Positions 1-14,282 are shown, numbered from the stretch's first letter. The stretch: 64,000 nt of DNA from Octopus sinensis (GCF_006345805.1 NC_042998.1:80290001-80354000), one strand, 5' to 3'. The notes: generated by a model not told the origin, from the letters alone. Translations and numbers: made by a program.

Positions 1-792
1 TTACCATATTCATTCACAAGACATTAATCACCCAGGACTATTATAGAAAACACTTACCCAAGGTACCATGTAGCTATGCCTGTACCCATATATATATAAG
101 TATGTATGTATATGTATATATATGTATGTATGTAAGTAAGTATCAAATATGTGAATTCATGAACATGAGAAGGCTGTGAGAACAGCTTGGAGAATCAGGT
201 AAATATCCTTTAGAAGATGGAAAGAAGCGACACATGTGGCACTTATAAGTTTGTTTACAAAATGTATGTGTGTGTGTGTGAACTGTAAATAAGAGTACTT
301 GCATATGTTTAATAAACATTCAGCCTTACTGTGAGACCCTAGGATAAAACACCAGGAATATTTCTGCCAAAAGAATGGGAGAACAGCTCATATTGTTGGT
401 TCATCAGGTGTGTCTATTTCTTTTGGTGTTAGACACTCCCTAAAAAAACGAAAAAAACAGCAATAACCAAACAAAACTAGTCAAGCTGTTTTTAGGTTTG
501 TTCTGCAGAAAATTCCCTGTGGTTTAACCTCAACACCTATTTGCCCAGTGAAGCTAGATGTATGTTTACTAAACGTGCATATGTAAACTTACAATTAATC
601 TCATTCATGCTGCTTGGTACTTTTGTTAATTAATATGCACTGCCAGCAAATGTACTGAGAAGCAAATAAATAAAATTGCAGCCTTCTACTGTAGCACTTT
701 TTTGTTAGTCAGCTTTTCTCTCTCCCCCCACCCCCGTCGCAAATACATAAATAAATTACACTAATTAATGTATATTTATATATATTATAATC

Positions 793-1182
793 GCAGGAGT
801 GGCTGTGTGGTAAGTAGCTTGCTTACGAACCATATGGTTCCAGGTTCAGTCCCATTGCGTGGCACTTTGGGCAAGTGTCTTCTACTATAGCCTCGAGCTG
901 ACCAAAGCCCTGTGAGTGGATTTGGTAGATGGAAACTGAAAGTAGCTCGTCATATATATATGTATATATTATGTGTGTCTTTCTGTGTCTGTGTTTGTCC
1001 CTCCCAACATTGCTTGACAACCGATGCTGGTGTGTTTAGGTCCCCGTAACTTAGCAGTTCGGCAAAAGAAACCAATAGAATAAGTAATTGGCTTACAAAG
1101 AATAAGTCCTGGGGTCAATTTGCTCGAGTAAAGGCGGTGCTCCAGCATGGCCACAGTCAAATGACTGAAACAAGTAAAAGAG
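793..1182 (+). mobile_element. tRNA-head SINE, family 1 (about 400 bp, internal (TA)n(TG)n tract, (GTAAAAGA)n tail)
   Basis: A-box-like TGGCTGTGTGG and B-box-like GGTTCAGTCCC head; near-identical copies at 10867, 16243, 19521, 39457(-), 42392. Confidence 0.9.
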
Positions 1183-1229
1183 GTAGTATAGGAAGGTGTC
1201 ATGCCTAATGTTTAGTAGTATCATTGTCA

Positions 1230-2480
1230 ACTACTACAAGGAGATGCACTTGAGTGAGGCAATTATAGAAGCATCAAATTGTTCACCAAGGTAATGAAGA
1301 TTACAGAAAGCTGCTATATCACAATTGATTTGAAACAAAATTAGCCTAGACAAGATAGTCCAAGTTTGTGCTTAGAATAAGTATAACTTATGTCTTATTC
1401 CTAGTTAGGTGATTATATGAGAAGAATTTAGCTAGGGGTAAGCTCCTATATCAAGTATTTGTTGCTCTGGAGAAGGCCTTTACCAGAATACCATACAATT
1501 TAATTTAATGATTACTAAGGAAACTAGGTGTAGATAAATAGCCTGTGAGGGCAATACAAACCATGTACAAAGGCACAGTCAGTAAAGTGAGTCGGCAATA
1601 AGGTCTATGAATTTAACATATTGGTAGGGGTTCATCAGGCCTCTGTTACAAACCCTCTCCTGTTTATTATAGTCCTACCTCCCATAACAGAGGACTTTAA
1701 AACATGCCTGTCTGTGGAAACTTCTCTGTGCTGATGACCTAATCCTTAGAGCCAAATCTGTAGATTTGGAAAAGAAATGTTAGAGCTGGAAGCATAACCT
1801 AGAATTAAGAGGTTCCAAAATAAGTTAGGTGACCTAATCAGTAGCAGAGGTGGATGTACTGAAAGCAGAGTAACCAGGGCAGAGAAAACTATTACCTCTA
1901 TTACTCACACAGAGTAAAGGGCTGATTGTATTATGCTTGTGTACGAAGTGTTATGCTGCATGGTAGTGAGATGTGGGTTTTGAATGCAAGGGTTTCTAAA
2001 GACTGGACAGAAATGAAGCCGGCATACTACACTGGGTATTCAATATTAGTGTGCAAGAATGACGGAACACAAATAAACTGTGAGAAAAACTAAATATAAA
2101 GAATCTGTTATGGTGATGTGAAGTGCAAGAGAGATAACTGCACTGTTATGAGCATGAAATGCATATGGAAGGTGACAACTGTATAAGGGAGTGCTAAACA
2201 CTCAAAATGGTTGAAACTTGTGGAAAGAGGGAGATGTAGGAGAACATAGCATGAAGTGGTGAAAATTGCTGTGACTCGTTACAAGGACACTCGGTACAAA
2301 GGACTGTTGATGATTGGCAACATGTAGTGCTGGAGAAGTCACTTCCCACCCTTAGAAGCAGGTAAAATTTTAGAAGTAATGAAGACTGGGTTGTATATCC
2401 ACATTTGGATCTCTGGCCCAGTGATTTCCTATTCAGCCTCCATTTACTTCCCTCCTTCTTGCCTCTTGAATACCTTTTCA
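1230..2480 (+). mobile_element. Decayed RTE-clade LINE, reverse transcriptase region
   Basis: Frameshifted translation gives VFVALEKAFTRIP, LRKLGVD, VGVHQASVTNPLLFIIVL and LCADDL (RT motifs 2-5) with many stops. Confidence 0.85.
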
Positions 2481-2835
2481 TGTCTATCACTCTCTCTCAC
2501 TCACTGTGCCATTCCACCTATGTGACAAAGACTGGTAATGAATCTGCCCTTCTTCAATAACTGTCTCAGTTACCATCTGCATTACCATTACCTCTCTCTT
2601 TCTCTCTCTCTCACTGCCTTCATGATGCTTGTTTAATGAGGAACTGTTAGTATCCATTACACTTCATTGCCATCTATGTTCTGTCATCAGTCCTTCTTCC
2701 CCATGTTATTTGTTAGCAACACCCATCATTCTCTTTTATTGTCACCAGCTCATCAGTACAACTATCCATCACTCTCTCTCTCTCTTGTACCAATTCCTAG
2801 CTCATTTCTATTGCCCAGCTAATCTATGATTACCA

Positions 2836-2856
2836 TTTGCTTGCTCTCTCCCTTGA

Positions 2857-2923
<67 letters not shown>

Positions 2924-2935
2924 CCTCTCTCTCCT
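2836..2935. repeat. (CT)n/(CTGT)n microsatellite
   Basis: Direct reading. Confidence 0.95.
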
Positions 2936-3392
2936 GTACTATAAGCCATCATTACTTCTCCCTCAGGTCTTTCATAAATCCCCTGCATTCAAGGCCCACA
3001 TCTCATTACCATACTGCATAACATGTCACACATAAGCATCACACAATCTGTCCTTCACTCTGAGAAATATACCTTTTACTTCCAGCAGAGGTAAAAGCTT
3101 TCTCCTCCTCCTTCATACTCTGGTTACTATGCTTTCATTACCCATCTCAATTGCTGATTACAGTCCTCTTACTTTGAACCTTGTTGTTAATCCCAAGAAC
3201 TATCCTGATCTAACAGACTTATGCACAATGGCTTTCCCTCTTTGATTCTCCTTTATATTTGAAACTCACACAATTATCCAGAACCATATGACTCATTGTC
3301 TCCTTACTTTTAGTAAGATAGTAGGATATGGTATTGAGAAAATTTGGCGATTTTTTTTTTTTTTTAGTGGGAGGTAAAGCAACCATTTAGAG

Positions 3393-3668
3393 CAATGGTT
3401 CTCAAACTTTTTCAGGCTTCTGCCCCCTTGACACCTAAGCTACATTCCTAGCATCCCCACCCCAGCTAACCATCACAAACATAGACCTCTTTCTGAAGCA
3501 AATTCTAAGCAACTGTATTTAACAAATAAAACTTAACCTAACAAACCTATTATTTTGTTGTTTTTACATGAATCGCTACTCCCTTATTGTCCCACTTTTC
3601 TTCAACACCCCCTTGGAACTTTCCACCACCCCCAGTGGGTGCAATGCTGCCCACTTTTGGAACCACTG
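3393..3668. mobile_element. hAT-type MITE
   Basis: Termini CAATGGTTCTCAAA / TTTGGAACCACTG; perfect 8-bp TSD ATTTAGAG (3385-3392, 3669-3676). Confidence 0.9.
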
Positions 3669-4739
3669 ATTTAGAGGATTCACATGGCTGAATGGTTAAG
3701 AAGCTTGCTTCCCAACTATGCAGGTTTCAGTTTCAGCTCCACTGTGAGGTACCTCTAGCAAGTATCTACTACTATAGCCCTGGGCTGACCAAAGCCTTGT
3801 GTGTGTATGTGCATGTTTGTGCATCTTGACATCACATGGTTGTAAATAAACATCACCTTAATACAATTATTGTTGATCATATCCAGGCTTCTGTGAAAAA
3901 TGTACCTGGCCATAGAGAAATATTACTTTGCTTGAAAACAAATGATGGTTGGCAACATGTTAAATGATGATCATGAAAAGCAGCAAGAGGGCATTATAGT
4001 GGACATTCAACCAACTCTGTTAATTTCATAAAAAGACAAGACACAAAAAAAGATTTTGAAAATGTAAATGTCTATTTATTCTATGTGAGACAGTTTACAT
4101 GTATGACAGACTATATAATATTAAGACCATTGTTTTACCAGGTGACAAACTTCTGCTTACCTCTCACAGCAATTCATTCAGCTTTGGCGAAAGGAAAAAC
4201 ATTTGGCTGAGTCATAGAAGTAAAAGTGAAAGAAACCTGTTGGACAAGTTTCACACGACAATCCATTTACTGTTTCCGCTGGCCACCCGGACGGAGTGAG
4301 GAAATAAAGAAATATAATGTTTAATGAATGCTATGGAAAAAAAAAACATTAAAAACACAAAACTTTCAATGAGAAACAATTTGGTATACGATAAGCATAT
4401 ACAAATATGTGCATACACTTAGATGTGCATTCACACACAAACAGATACTTGAATGTACAGATCTACACACACACAAACCTGCATGTATACTCATGCACAC
4501 AACATACATACTTATATGCAAATACACAAATATTTACATATATGCAAATCACAGACTTATGCACACTCACATATACACACACACGCAGTTGCATTCTTAT
4601 ATACACAAACATCTATACACACACAGACGTACAAAACACTATCAAAAGTATTTTTATCTTAAAATTGTTTACCCTCCATAACACTGATGTATTCTTCTCC
4701 TGTTGTTGGTAGTGGTATTTCACTCCATTTGAGACCTAA

Positions 4740-4920
4740 CTGAGCAGATCTGTGATCAAAGACATTCCAGCCATGACTATCACATCTTTTTTTATATACA
4801 TGGAACCCAGGATCACATTATTTAATGTGTCCTTTTCTGAGATAGTGAGGTGGGCGTGTTTTGGGTGAGATTTGACTGTTATCTCTAGAAGGTCAAGTAA
4901 CTATATAGAAGTTTCCTGAG
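4740..4920 (+). mobile_element. Old interspersed repeat, family 4 (SINE-like body)
   Basis: Motifs TCAAAGACATTCCAGCCATGAC and GAGATTTGRCTGYTAT recur inverted at about 15960-16150, 49690-49890 and 56365-56545. Confidence 0.6.
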
Positions 4921-5403
4921 TAAACATTTCTCATAGGAGAGGAAGAGGGTTGTGAGGATAGATAAGGGATGGACAATCGGTTATATTTTATAATATTAAG
5001 ATGGCTTTTGAAACTTCTCAAACACCATAGCAAAGAAAGGAGGAATTATATCAAAGCAAACTTTATCTTCCCATTAATAAAGTTTGGGGAGAACACAACA
5101 AATGTCACAAATATTCTTTTTTTAAGGTAGGTCTGGTGGCTTCAGTTTAAAACCCATTGCTTTGAATAGTAATGGTAGTGACAGTGGTATAATAAAGGGG
5201 GAGGGGTTGTAGTGGTGGTGATAAAAGCAGGGATGATAATAATGATGATGTTGGTGGTGGTGGTGGTGGTGGTGGTGGAGGTGGTGTGGTGGTGAAAAGC
5301 ATTTATGGAAAGTTTGATGCTGATCATATTGACAATGACTGCAGTGATATTGATGTAACTAATACTGTTAGTAATAGGTGCAGGCATAGCTGTGTGATAT
5401 ATA

Positions 5404-5447
5404 TATATTTATGTGTGTGTGTGTGTTGTGTGTGTGTGTGTGTGTGT

Positions 5448-5487
<40 letters not shown>

Positions 5488-5515
5488 CTATGTGTGTGTG
5501 TGTCTTTGTGTGTCT
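5404..5515. repeat. (TG)n microsatellite inside a decayed family 1 SINE
   Basis: Direct reading; SINE 3' half follows at 5520-5790 with a tandem duplication of about 70 bp of its tail. Confidence 0.9.
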
Positions 5516-5996
5516 TTGTCCCCCCCATCATGGTGTGTCAACCAGTGTTAGTGTATTTACATCCTTGTAACTTAGCAGTTCAGCAAAGAGACCAATAGAA
5601 TAAGTACTATGCTTAAAAATAAGTCCTGGAGTCAAACTGTTCATCAAAATCACTTCAAGGTAGTGCTCCAGCACGGCCACAAGCAAATGACTGAAACAAA
5701 TAAAGGATAAAAGATGATAATCAAAGCAGTGATAGTGCTCCAGCATGGCCACATTCAAATGACTGAAACAAATAAAAGATAAAAGATGATAATCAAAACA
5801 GTGATAATGCTTGTGGTGATGGTGATGAGTGTGGAAACAGCTTGTCATAGTAGTGATGGTAATGAAGGTAGGAATGATAGCAGTGGTTAAACAGAAGTTT
5901 GTTATAATGGTAGTAATAAAATTTTATGAGAGAATGTAGTTTGTTGTGACAGTCATGCCTTTACCAAACATTGATAACATGGTCACAGACTTTTGA

Positions 5997-6358
5997 GGTG
6001 CTGGTGGCACGTAAAAAGCACCATCCGATCATGGCCGTTGCCAGCCTTGCCTGGCCTCCGTGCCGGTGGCATGTATAAAGCACCATCCAATCGTGGCCGT
6101 TTGCCAGCCTCACCTGGCCTCCGTGCCGGTGGCACGTAAAAAGCACCATCCGATCATGGCCGTTTGCCAGCCTCGTCTGGCACGTAAAAAGCACCCACTA
6201 CACTCATGGAGTGGTTGGCGTTAGGAAGGGCATCCAGCCGTAGAAACATTGCCAGATCAGACTGGGCCTGGTGCAGCCTTCTGCTTCCCAGACCCCAGTT
6301 GCACCGTCCAACCCATGCCAGCATGGAAAGCGGACGCTAAACGATGATGATGATGATG
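5997..6358 (+). mobile_element. RTE-tail element, family 3 (RTE 3' UTR or RTE-dependent SINE) with internal ~60-bp tandem units and (GAT)n tail
   Basis: Repeated GTGCCGGTGGCACGTAAAAAGCACC units, then GGAAGGGCATCCAGCCGTAGAAA...CCAACCCATGCCAGCATGG and GATGATGAT tail. Confidence 0.85.
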
Positions 6359-8086
6359 AATTAGTCCACTTGGCCTGTCCAAAGTATTTTCATAAATTTG
6401 TCTGAACTCTTTAGCATTCAGATTACTATGTCAAATGCTACACATATTTATTCACATTCTTTTGAATCAATTAGGATGTGATTATTTATGATTTGAATGA
6501 CATTATCAGATAGGTGTGAGAGGCCAGATTTGACCAGTTTGGACATAAAGCATGTAGAACATTTGGGGTTGGATGTGGCCAGTTTGAATGCTAAAGGATT
6601 AAATGTCCTTGCTTGTTTTCTGATTTTTGTTTATTGCTTGTTTCAGTCCTAAGTTGCTCTGATGGTTGAAAAAAATTGGTTATGTGCAGGGAACCTGTGA
6701 AAGAGGTAGACCCAGGAAAACACACGTAAACACGTGATGAAATGGTGAAGCATGATCTTAGAATGTTGGGCCTCACAGAGGCAATGACAAGTGACTAAGA
6801 CCTTTGGCGATATGCTGTGCTTGAGAAGACTTGTCAAACCAAGTGATGTCAAGTAACTGGCACTTGTGCTGGTGGCATGTAAAAGCCCCTATTACACTCT
6901 TGGAGAGGTTAGCATTAGGTTAGGAAGGGCATCCAACCATAGAAACCATACCAAATCAGACTGGAACCTGATGCAGTGCTCCAGCTTACCAGTTTCAGTC
7001 AAGCCATCTAACCCATGCCAGCATGGAAAGCAGAAGCTAAATGATGATGATGACCATGATGCCAGAGAAATATACTTTGTGTATTACATGTGATAAAAAG
7101 AAGACAAGTAAAGGGTTAATTGACCCCAGTACTAGATTGATGTATATCTTATGTATATCTTGACCATGCAAGTTGAAAATTCTAAATGACCTTTGCAAGG
7201 ATTTGCACTCAAAGCATAAAGGGTCGCACCTAAATACAACAAAGTATTTTGTCTTGCATTTGACTGTTTCTGCCACCCTAGCATTCTTAACATCATTTGT
7301 TGATTTCTAACATAGGTACAAAGACTTAAACTTGTGAGAGAAGAATGGTCAGCTCTTGAATTTTGACTGGTCTTTTGTTATATTTACCCCAGTGGGATTT
7401 GAACTCAGGACATATACTTAATTAGATATTACAAGGCATTTAACAAATCTACTAATCTAACATTCTATCCTTGGTACTGATTTAAAATTTTGGCACAAGG
7501 CCAGTAATTTTGGGGGAAGGGATAAGTCGATTAGATCAACTCCAGTGCTCAACTGGTATGAATTTTATTGATTCCAAAAGGATGAAAGACAAAGTCAACC
7601 TCAGCAGAATTTGACTGCCAGACATGAAGATGGATGAAATGCTGCTAAGCATTTCACCTGGAATGCTAACTATTCTGCCACCTCACCACTTTATTCTTAC
7701 CTTAGTATTGATGCCTTTTACAGGACACAAGGCCAATGATTGTAGGAGACAACATATGTAGATGTGAATAGCCTAATATTTGTGTATCTTTTCATGAATC
7801 AGAGATTGGTAGAGCCAGAACTTGAATTTGATTTTAATTATATATCTAGTAAATGAAAGATAGCAATTTCAGTATAGTAGCATCATTTGAAGGTTACAAG
7901 AATATGAGGAAGCCCATTGTGACCAGCAAGTTGGACAGAATTTGTTGAGGCAGATTTTCTGACTGGATGTTTTTCTGTGTCCATGTTAGGTAATATTTCT
8001 CTATGACCAATGCTTCACAGAATATTAGAAATGATGATCACTACACACATAACAACGACACTCTTTTATAACTAGGAGATTATAGC

Positions 8087-8315
8087 ATGCACACACACAC
8101 ACATGCACACACACACATACATGCGCACACACACACATGTGCACACACACACACATGCGCACACACACACACATGCGCACACACACACATGCGCACACAC
8201 ACACATGCGCACACTCTCTCTCTCTCTCTCACACACACACACGCACATGCACACACACACACGCACATGCACACACACACACGCACATGCACACACACAC
8301 ACACACATCACACAC
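8087..8315. repeat. (CA)n/(CACATGCG)-type compound microsatellite
   Basis: Direct reading. Confidence 0.95.
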
Positions 8316-10023
8316 ATATCTATATGCTAGGCTTCTTTCAGTTTCCACCCACAAAATCCATTCACAATGCTTTGGTCAGCCCAGAACTACAGTAAGACAC
8401 ACGTCAATGGTTCCACATGCCACACCATATGTTTAGGAGCAAATTCTTGTTCCACACCTGCACCTATTAATGTATATACGTCCTGATTGTTTTTGAGTAC
8501 ATGATTCATGGATTTTCTTACTCTGCCTTTGGATTATGTTCCTTTAAATTCCTTCAGAGTATGTCATTTCTGCCCCTTTGGTTGTATATATACACACATA
8601 TAATACTAGAATTACTAAAATATTTGTGAAGATTTTTGAGGGTTGGCAGGGAAAAGATGCTGTAGCTGATTAGAGGAGAGATGGATGCAGTAATACATGC
8701 AGTATACAGCTAGTTAGTTCTGAGGGTTAGAAACTGCTGTAGTGGTATAAAAAAATTGTAAGGCCAGTGGAAACACTTATAAAATACATGTAGCAGAATT
8801 AAACTACTGTTCAGAAAGTCCATTATCTTATATATACTGCAATTTTGAGCCTCAGCATCACATTAAAAAGAAATTTTTATGTAGTCACATCATCGGAGAT
8901 TGAGTCTAAGGATTCAATTGTTCCTCAGTCATTTTTTTAATCTCTCTCTAGACGTTTCTTTTGATTTTAGTCAACACAGATTACTGGAGATTGTGCCTTT
9001 GGATTCAGTCATATTCGACAATAATATCTGGTCCTTTCTATAATTTGGGTTAGGCTCCAATATGTTAAAAATAAGTGTTTATTGTTTTTGTTTTTGCCCC
9101 TCTCCCTTACCACCAAAAAATATGAATGAAAGAAGGTATTACAATTAAGAGGTGTCAACAGTCATAACTAACCAGGAAAATTAATACTGATGGGGTTTGA
9201 ATTTATAACAGAAAAGTTGTAACTACTATAATGCATTCAATTCCATTTCTGATCCTCTTAGCCACCACTGCTACCCTTAAACTATGGTTAATATTGATTA
9301 TATATATTTTACATGCATATATGAAAGGGTTAAATATGTCTGCATGCTTACTTATACAACTAAAGTATCTTGCTCATTCTCTACTACTCTCTCTTTTTTC
9401 ACTCACTCTTTCTCTCTTTCTCTTTTATTCACACTTACACACACACATACACACGTATAGTTATAAATTTCAATAGCTGGATAATCCTTTAGTTGAATTA
9501 TATATGAGACAGACACGCATGTGAGTATGATGCGTGTATGTGTATCAGTGTGTTTGTGCACGTTTGTGTGCATGTATACTTTACGATATGCTTCACATCA
9601 TAAAGCATATACACACACGACATGTTACCATGCAAATTAGGGCTCAATATCCATTGAAACAACTGTAATGAAGAACTCAAAATATTAATAATTTTTCTAT
9701 GATTACTTCAAATATATAACATGAGTGTGTGGTTATGAAGTTTATTTTGTAACCATATAGTTTTGGGTTCAGTCCTACTGCATGGCACCTTGGGTATCTT
9801 CTACTATAGTGCTAGGGCAACCAATGCCTTGTGAGTGAATTTGGTTGATAACTGTATGGAAGCCCATCATGTATGTGTGTGTGTGTGTATTTGTTTCCCA
9901 CACCGCTTGACAACCAGTGTTAGTTTGTATACATCTCCATAACCTAGCTGTTCAACAAGAGAGGCCGATAAACTAAGTACCAAGCTTAAAAATAAGTACT
10001 GGAGTCGAATTGTTCAGCTAAAC

Positions 10024-10350
10024 CTGAGGTTCTCAACCATTTTTTATCTATGGACCCCCTTTGATTACAATTTTATTCTGGAGGACCCATTCGATGTTTA
10101 AAAACTAGTTTTATAGAAACTCCATACAAAATTCCTATTTTGCTTTTCACACATTAACTTGTCTATGTAAAATGTTAGAGAAAGAAACCCAGCAGTTTCT
10201 TGCAATACATACCAATACATCTAAAGCAAAATTTTTTCAGGAGCCCTTCAAATACTATTGTGGATTCCCAGTTTACAATTATGTTGTATGGGCCCCAAAA
10301 TTCTTATATGGACCCACAGGGACCTTATGGATCCCAGTTGAGAACCACCG
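10024..10350. mobile_element. hAT-type MITE nested in a family 1 SINE
   Basis: Termini CTGAGGTTCTCAAC / GTTGAGAACCACCG; 8-bp TSD AGCTAAAC (10016-10023, 10351-10358); SINE tail resumes afterwards. Confidence 0.9.
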
Positions 10351-10866
10351 AGCTAAACCCTTCAAGGCAGCCTCCAGCATGGCCACCATCTAACTAGTAA
10401 AAAAAGATATATAGATGAAAGTGCACAGTCTAGGGTTAAGGTGATAAGCTCACAATCATAGAGGTTGTGGGTTCAATTCCTGGAAAGGGAGGCTGATTGT
10501 GCCTTTGAGTAAGGTATTTCATACGACATGCTACTCCAATCAACTCAGCTGAAAATGAGTACCAACCAAGCCCCCTCTCCCTCCACCTGTCACATCCTCA
10601 GTGTTTTACTGGGTCAGTAGTGGACAGGTTGTGAGAGTGTCTATGTCTTCTCATGAGTATGTCGGCACCTAAAAGAATTAGTACATGCTTCCAAGTCATT
10701 AAGACAGATATTTTATGGGTGGATGCCTTTCCTGTCACCAACCCTTGCCTGAAGGAAACTGGTAGGCAGAAACTATACAGAAAATGTTATTTTGACTGAT
10801 TAGAACTGGTTCAGCTGAACCCTCTATTTCTGTCTACAATGAGATTTATTAAAACTGCAGTTATGT

Positions 10867-11030
10867 AGGCGCAGGAATGGCTGTGTGGTAAGTAGCTTGC
10901 TAACCAACCACATGGTTCCGGGTTCAGTCCCACTGTGTGGCATCTTGGACAAGTGTCTTCTGCTATAGCCCCGGGCCGACCAATGCCTTGTGAGTGGATT
11001 TGGTAGACGGAAACTGAAAGAAGCCTGTCG

Positions 11031-11079
<49 letters not shown>

Positions 11080-11287
11080 ATGTGTGTGTGTTTGTCCCCC
11101 TAGCATTGCTTGCCAACAGATGCTGGTGTGTTTACGTCCCCGTCACTTAGCGGTTCGGCAAAAGAGACCGATAGTATAAGTACTGGGCTTACAAAGAATA
11201 AGTCCCAGGGTCGATTTGCTCGACTAAAGGCGGTGCTCCAGCATAGCCGCAGTCAAATGACTGAAACAAGTAAAAGAGTAAAAGAGA
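10867..11287 (+). mobile_element. Family 1 SINE, young full-length copy
   Basis: Near identical to 19521, 39457(-) and 42392 copies; CpGs largely intact. Confidence 0.92.
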
Positions 11288-11309
11288 GAAAGAGTATATT
11301 TAATAATAA

Positions 11310-11706
11310 TGGTTTCAAACTTTGGCACAAGGCCAGCAATTTGGGGGAGGGTTAAGTCGATTGTATCAACCCCAATGTTCAACTGGTCCTTATTTTTCTG
11401 ACCCTGAAAGGATGAAAGTCAAAGTGGAATTTGAACTCTGAATGTGAAGACGAACAAAATACTGCTCAGCATTTTGCCTGGTGTACTAATGATTCTGCTG
11501 GCTGTGGCACATGACTTGAAATTTTGGAGATAGGCTCTAGTTGATAACACTGACTCCATGCTGCTCAACCAGTATTTACTTTATCAATCCTGAAAAGATG
11601 AAAGGCATAGTTGACTTTGGCAGAACTTGAACTTAGAATGTAAAGTCATAGGAAATGCCACAAAGCATTTTGTTTTGGGCTAACAATTCTGCCAGCTCAC
11701 TACCTT
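11310..11706 (-). mobile_element. Two head-to-tail family 2 SINEs (tRNA head; central GCCTTTCATCCTTTCGGGGTCGATAAA domain)
   Basis: Reverse-complement match to young copies at 32874 and 44232. Confidence 0.8.
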
Positions 11707-11760
11707 AATAACAATGAGCTTATTGTATACAGTACTCAGGTGCCTTACAACTTGTCAGAA
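11705..11760 (-). mobile_element. CR1 3'-terminal stub
   Basis: TTATTGTATACAGTACTCAGGTGCCTTACAACTTGTCAGAAA matches the 3' ends at 21105-21150 and 43110-43155. Confidence 0.75.
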
Positions 11761-12564
11761 AAAGGTTAAAAGATGAGACAGAAAGCAGACATATTGGTCT
11801 AGTAAAGGACAACAACAAAAGCCAAAAGTGAAGTTAAATGTATACAATGTTAGTTAAAATCTGAGTTTATTTTGAAATACATCATAGTATGTATGTTATG
11901 TCCATTTCTCTGTCCATCTGTTTTCTCTTTAGAGTGGCTAAGAATTAACTAAGTTATAATGGGGGTCTCAAATTTGATCCTACTGCATGATATCTTGGGC
12001 AGGTATCTTCCGTCAATTGTCACCTAACTTCATGTGTGAAATTTGGTAGATGGAAACTGAGAGGAAACCTGTCAGCTAGACTGTAGCTGTGGTTCATAAG
12101 GGTTCAGCCTTTTCACACATGTCTACTGTTGATTCTACCTATGGATTTCATTAGAAATATAAATATTTGTATTACTTGTCACTCAACATCCTCATAGAAT
12201 GAGCTAGTAGTGTTTAGTTGATTGAACAACTGGTATATGTATGATTGAAACTAATGGAAGAAACATTAACTTATGTTTTCATTACACACACATACACACA
12301 CACACACATGCAGACACACACACACACACACGCACACACACACACACACATGCAGACACAAAGATATATATTACATTATGTTTTTGCCATATATAACATT
12401 ATGTTTTTATATTTCTACTATATAATTTACTCTATATAATGTTTATACATACATGTGTGTATCAACATATGTATATCTAAAGAGTTTGTATATATATGTT
12501 TATATTAATATAATGTTCATGATTATTTTCATAGCATGCAATACATTTACACATACATTAATTT

Positions 12565-12574
12565 ATATACATAT

Positions 12575-12647
<73 letters not shown>

Positions 12648-12668
12648 CATGTATATATATATATATAT
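12565..12668. repeat. (TA)n microsatellite
   Basis: Direct reading. Confidence 0.97.
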
Positions 12669-13070
12669 TATTCATACACACCATTCACACATGCACTTTG
12701 AAGTTTAGTGCATTGTTATTTATGATGTAGAACCAGGTTATTTGAAAATCATGAGTCACCCTCTTTCTTACACACACATACACACACACACATACACACA
12801 TACACACATACACACACTGTTTCTGTGTGTGTTTCTGTCACTCTCTTTCTTTATCCTTTAGCTCCTTCTCTACTTTCATCTCCCTCTCTCCTTATCATTC
12901 AGCCTCTCCTCTCTTTGCTCCCTCCTTACTCTCTGCTGCCTCTCTCTCTTTGTCTCTCTCTCTCTGTCATCTCTATTTCAACTCTCTCCCTGTTCTGGTT
13001 GAATAACCCAATCTTCAGCATGGTCCTTAAACTGGGTGGGCTTCCCTAATATAGACTAAGTGTGGATTAA

Positions 13071-13459
13071 TTAAGACATGCAGTGATAGATACTGCATGA
13101 GAGAGAGAGAGAGAGGGGGGGGAGAAAGGTTTTATATTTCATGTTCCATATTTTATTGTTTTTGTAGCCACGAAGTGTTGTGGCTCTCCTGGAGTGTAAG
13201 GATGAATGAATACGGGAGTAAATGATGGTGGTGATGGTGAGGTGTACCAAGTGGTGTGTGGTGAAAGATACAGGTGGTGATAATGAAACTGGTGGTGGTG
13301 GCGGTGGTGGTGGTGGTGGTGATGGTGGTGGTGGTGGTGGTGGTGGAAGCGGCGGCGGTGGTGGTAGTGGGGGGGGAGTAGATGCAGAGTTAGAAAGTGG
13401 TGCTGATAGTGAAGTTACTGGTGATGGTGATGTATGTGTTGATGGTGGTGTGTGCCACT
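13071..13459 (-). CDS. Possible exon encoding a polyproline tract (speculative; may simply be a (CCA)n repeat)
   Basis: Acceptor CATTTACCTTTCAG at 13460-13461; phase-1 frame EWHTPPSTHTSPSPVTSLSAPLSNSASTPPPLPPPPLPPPPPPPSPPPPPPPPPVS... open to TAA at 13071-13073. Confidence 0.2.
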
Positions 13460-14099
13460 CTGAAAGGTAAATGTGATGATGTGTGGGGTTGTGATGTGTT
13501 TGGGTGATGCCTTAAAGTGTTAATGGTGTATATGGTGGTGAGTGGTTAATGGTGGTAGTTTATGTTTTTGAGGGTTTTTTTTTTATTTTGTTGAAGCATT
13601 GGATTTTTGTTGGAAGTTAAGAAAGATATTTGTAGGAAGGAAATCGCAGGAAAAAAAATAATTTGAAGAATTAAAATATTTAGTTTTTGTGAAAAAAAAA
13701 ATGATAAAAAAAAAAACTTCTTCAATGAAGAGAGAATTAAATACTATAAAAACTGTTGCTGCATTTTATGATGGAAAAGTGTTTATGGTAGGAAAATGTA
13801 GCAATATAAGTGTTTTATCATCATCATCACCACCAACACAACCATCATTATCAATAATGGTAGCAATGGTATTGTCACTATTAATGTCACCAACATGATA
13901 AGCATCATGATCACCATCATCTTCATAACACCTCTACAACCAGCATCCCCATCATCTTAATCTTTGTGACACCACTACCACCAGCACCACCTTCATCATC
14001 ATCGAATTTGTCCATTTTATTACCATCATCATCATTTTTGTCAGTCATGTCTGTCATCATCTTTATCAGCATCACATCCTCATCCAGCATAGCCACAAC

Positions 14100-14126
14100 C
14101 CCTACTGTCACCATCTCATCACTATC

Positions 14127-14168
<42 letters not shown>

Positions 14169-14198
14169 GTCATCATCATCATCACCACCATCATCATC

Positions 14199-14259
<61 letters not shown>

Positions 14260-14282
14260 ACAACACCACCATCATCATCAAC
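14100..14282. repeat. (CAT)n trinucleotide microsatellite
   Basis: Direct reading; explains the poly-D/poly-S ORFs. Confidence 0.95.

Noticed and set aside
160-560. Three small plus-strand exons (ending 199, 409, 560)
   Set aside because: Two different frames fit equally well, acceptors are weak and neither peptide is recognisable
793-870. tRNA genes
   Set aside because: Only tRNA-derived SINE heads with A/B-box-like motifs; no cloverleaf with acceptor stem and anticodon arm found
823-1020. Recurrent ORF ...YDGLLSVSVYQIHSQG... (also 10811, 16191, 39632, 42332)
   Set aside because: Antisense reading of family 1 SINE, not a gene family
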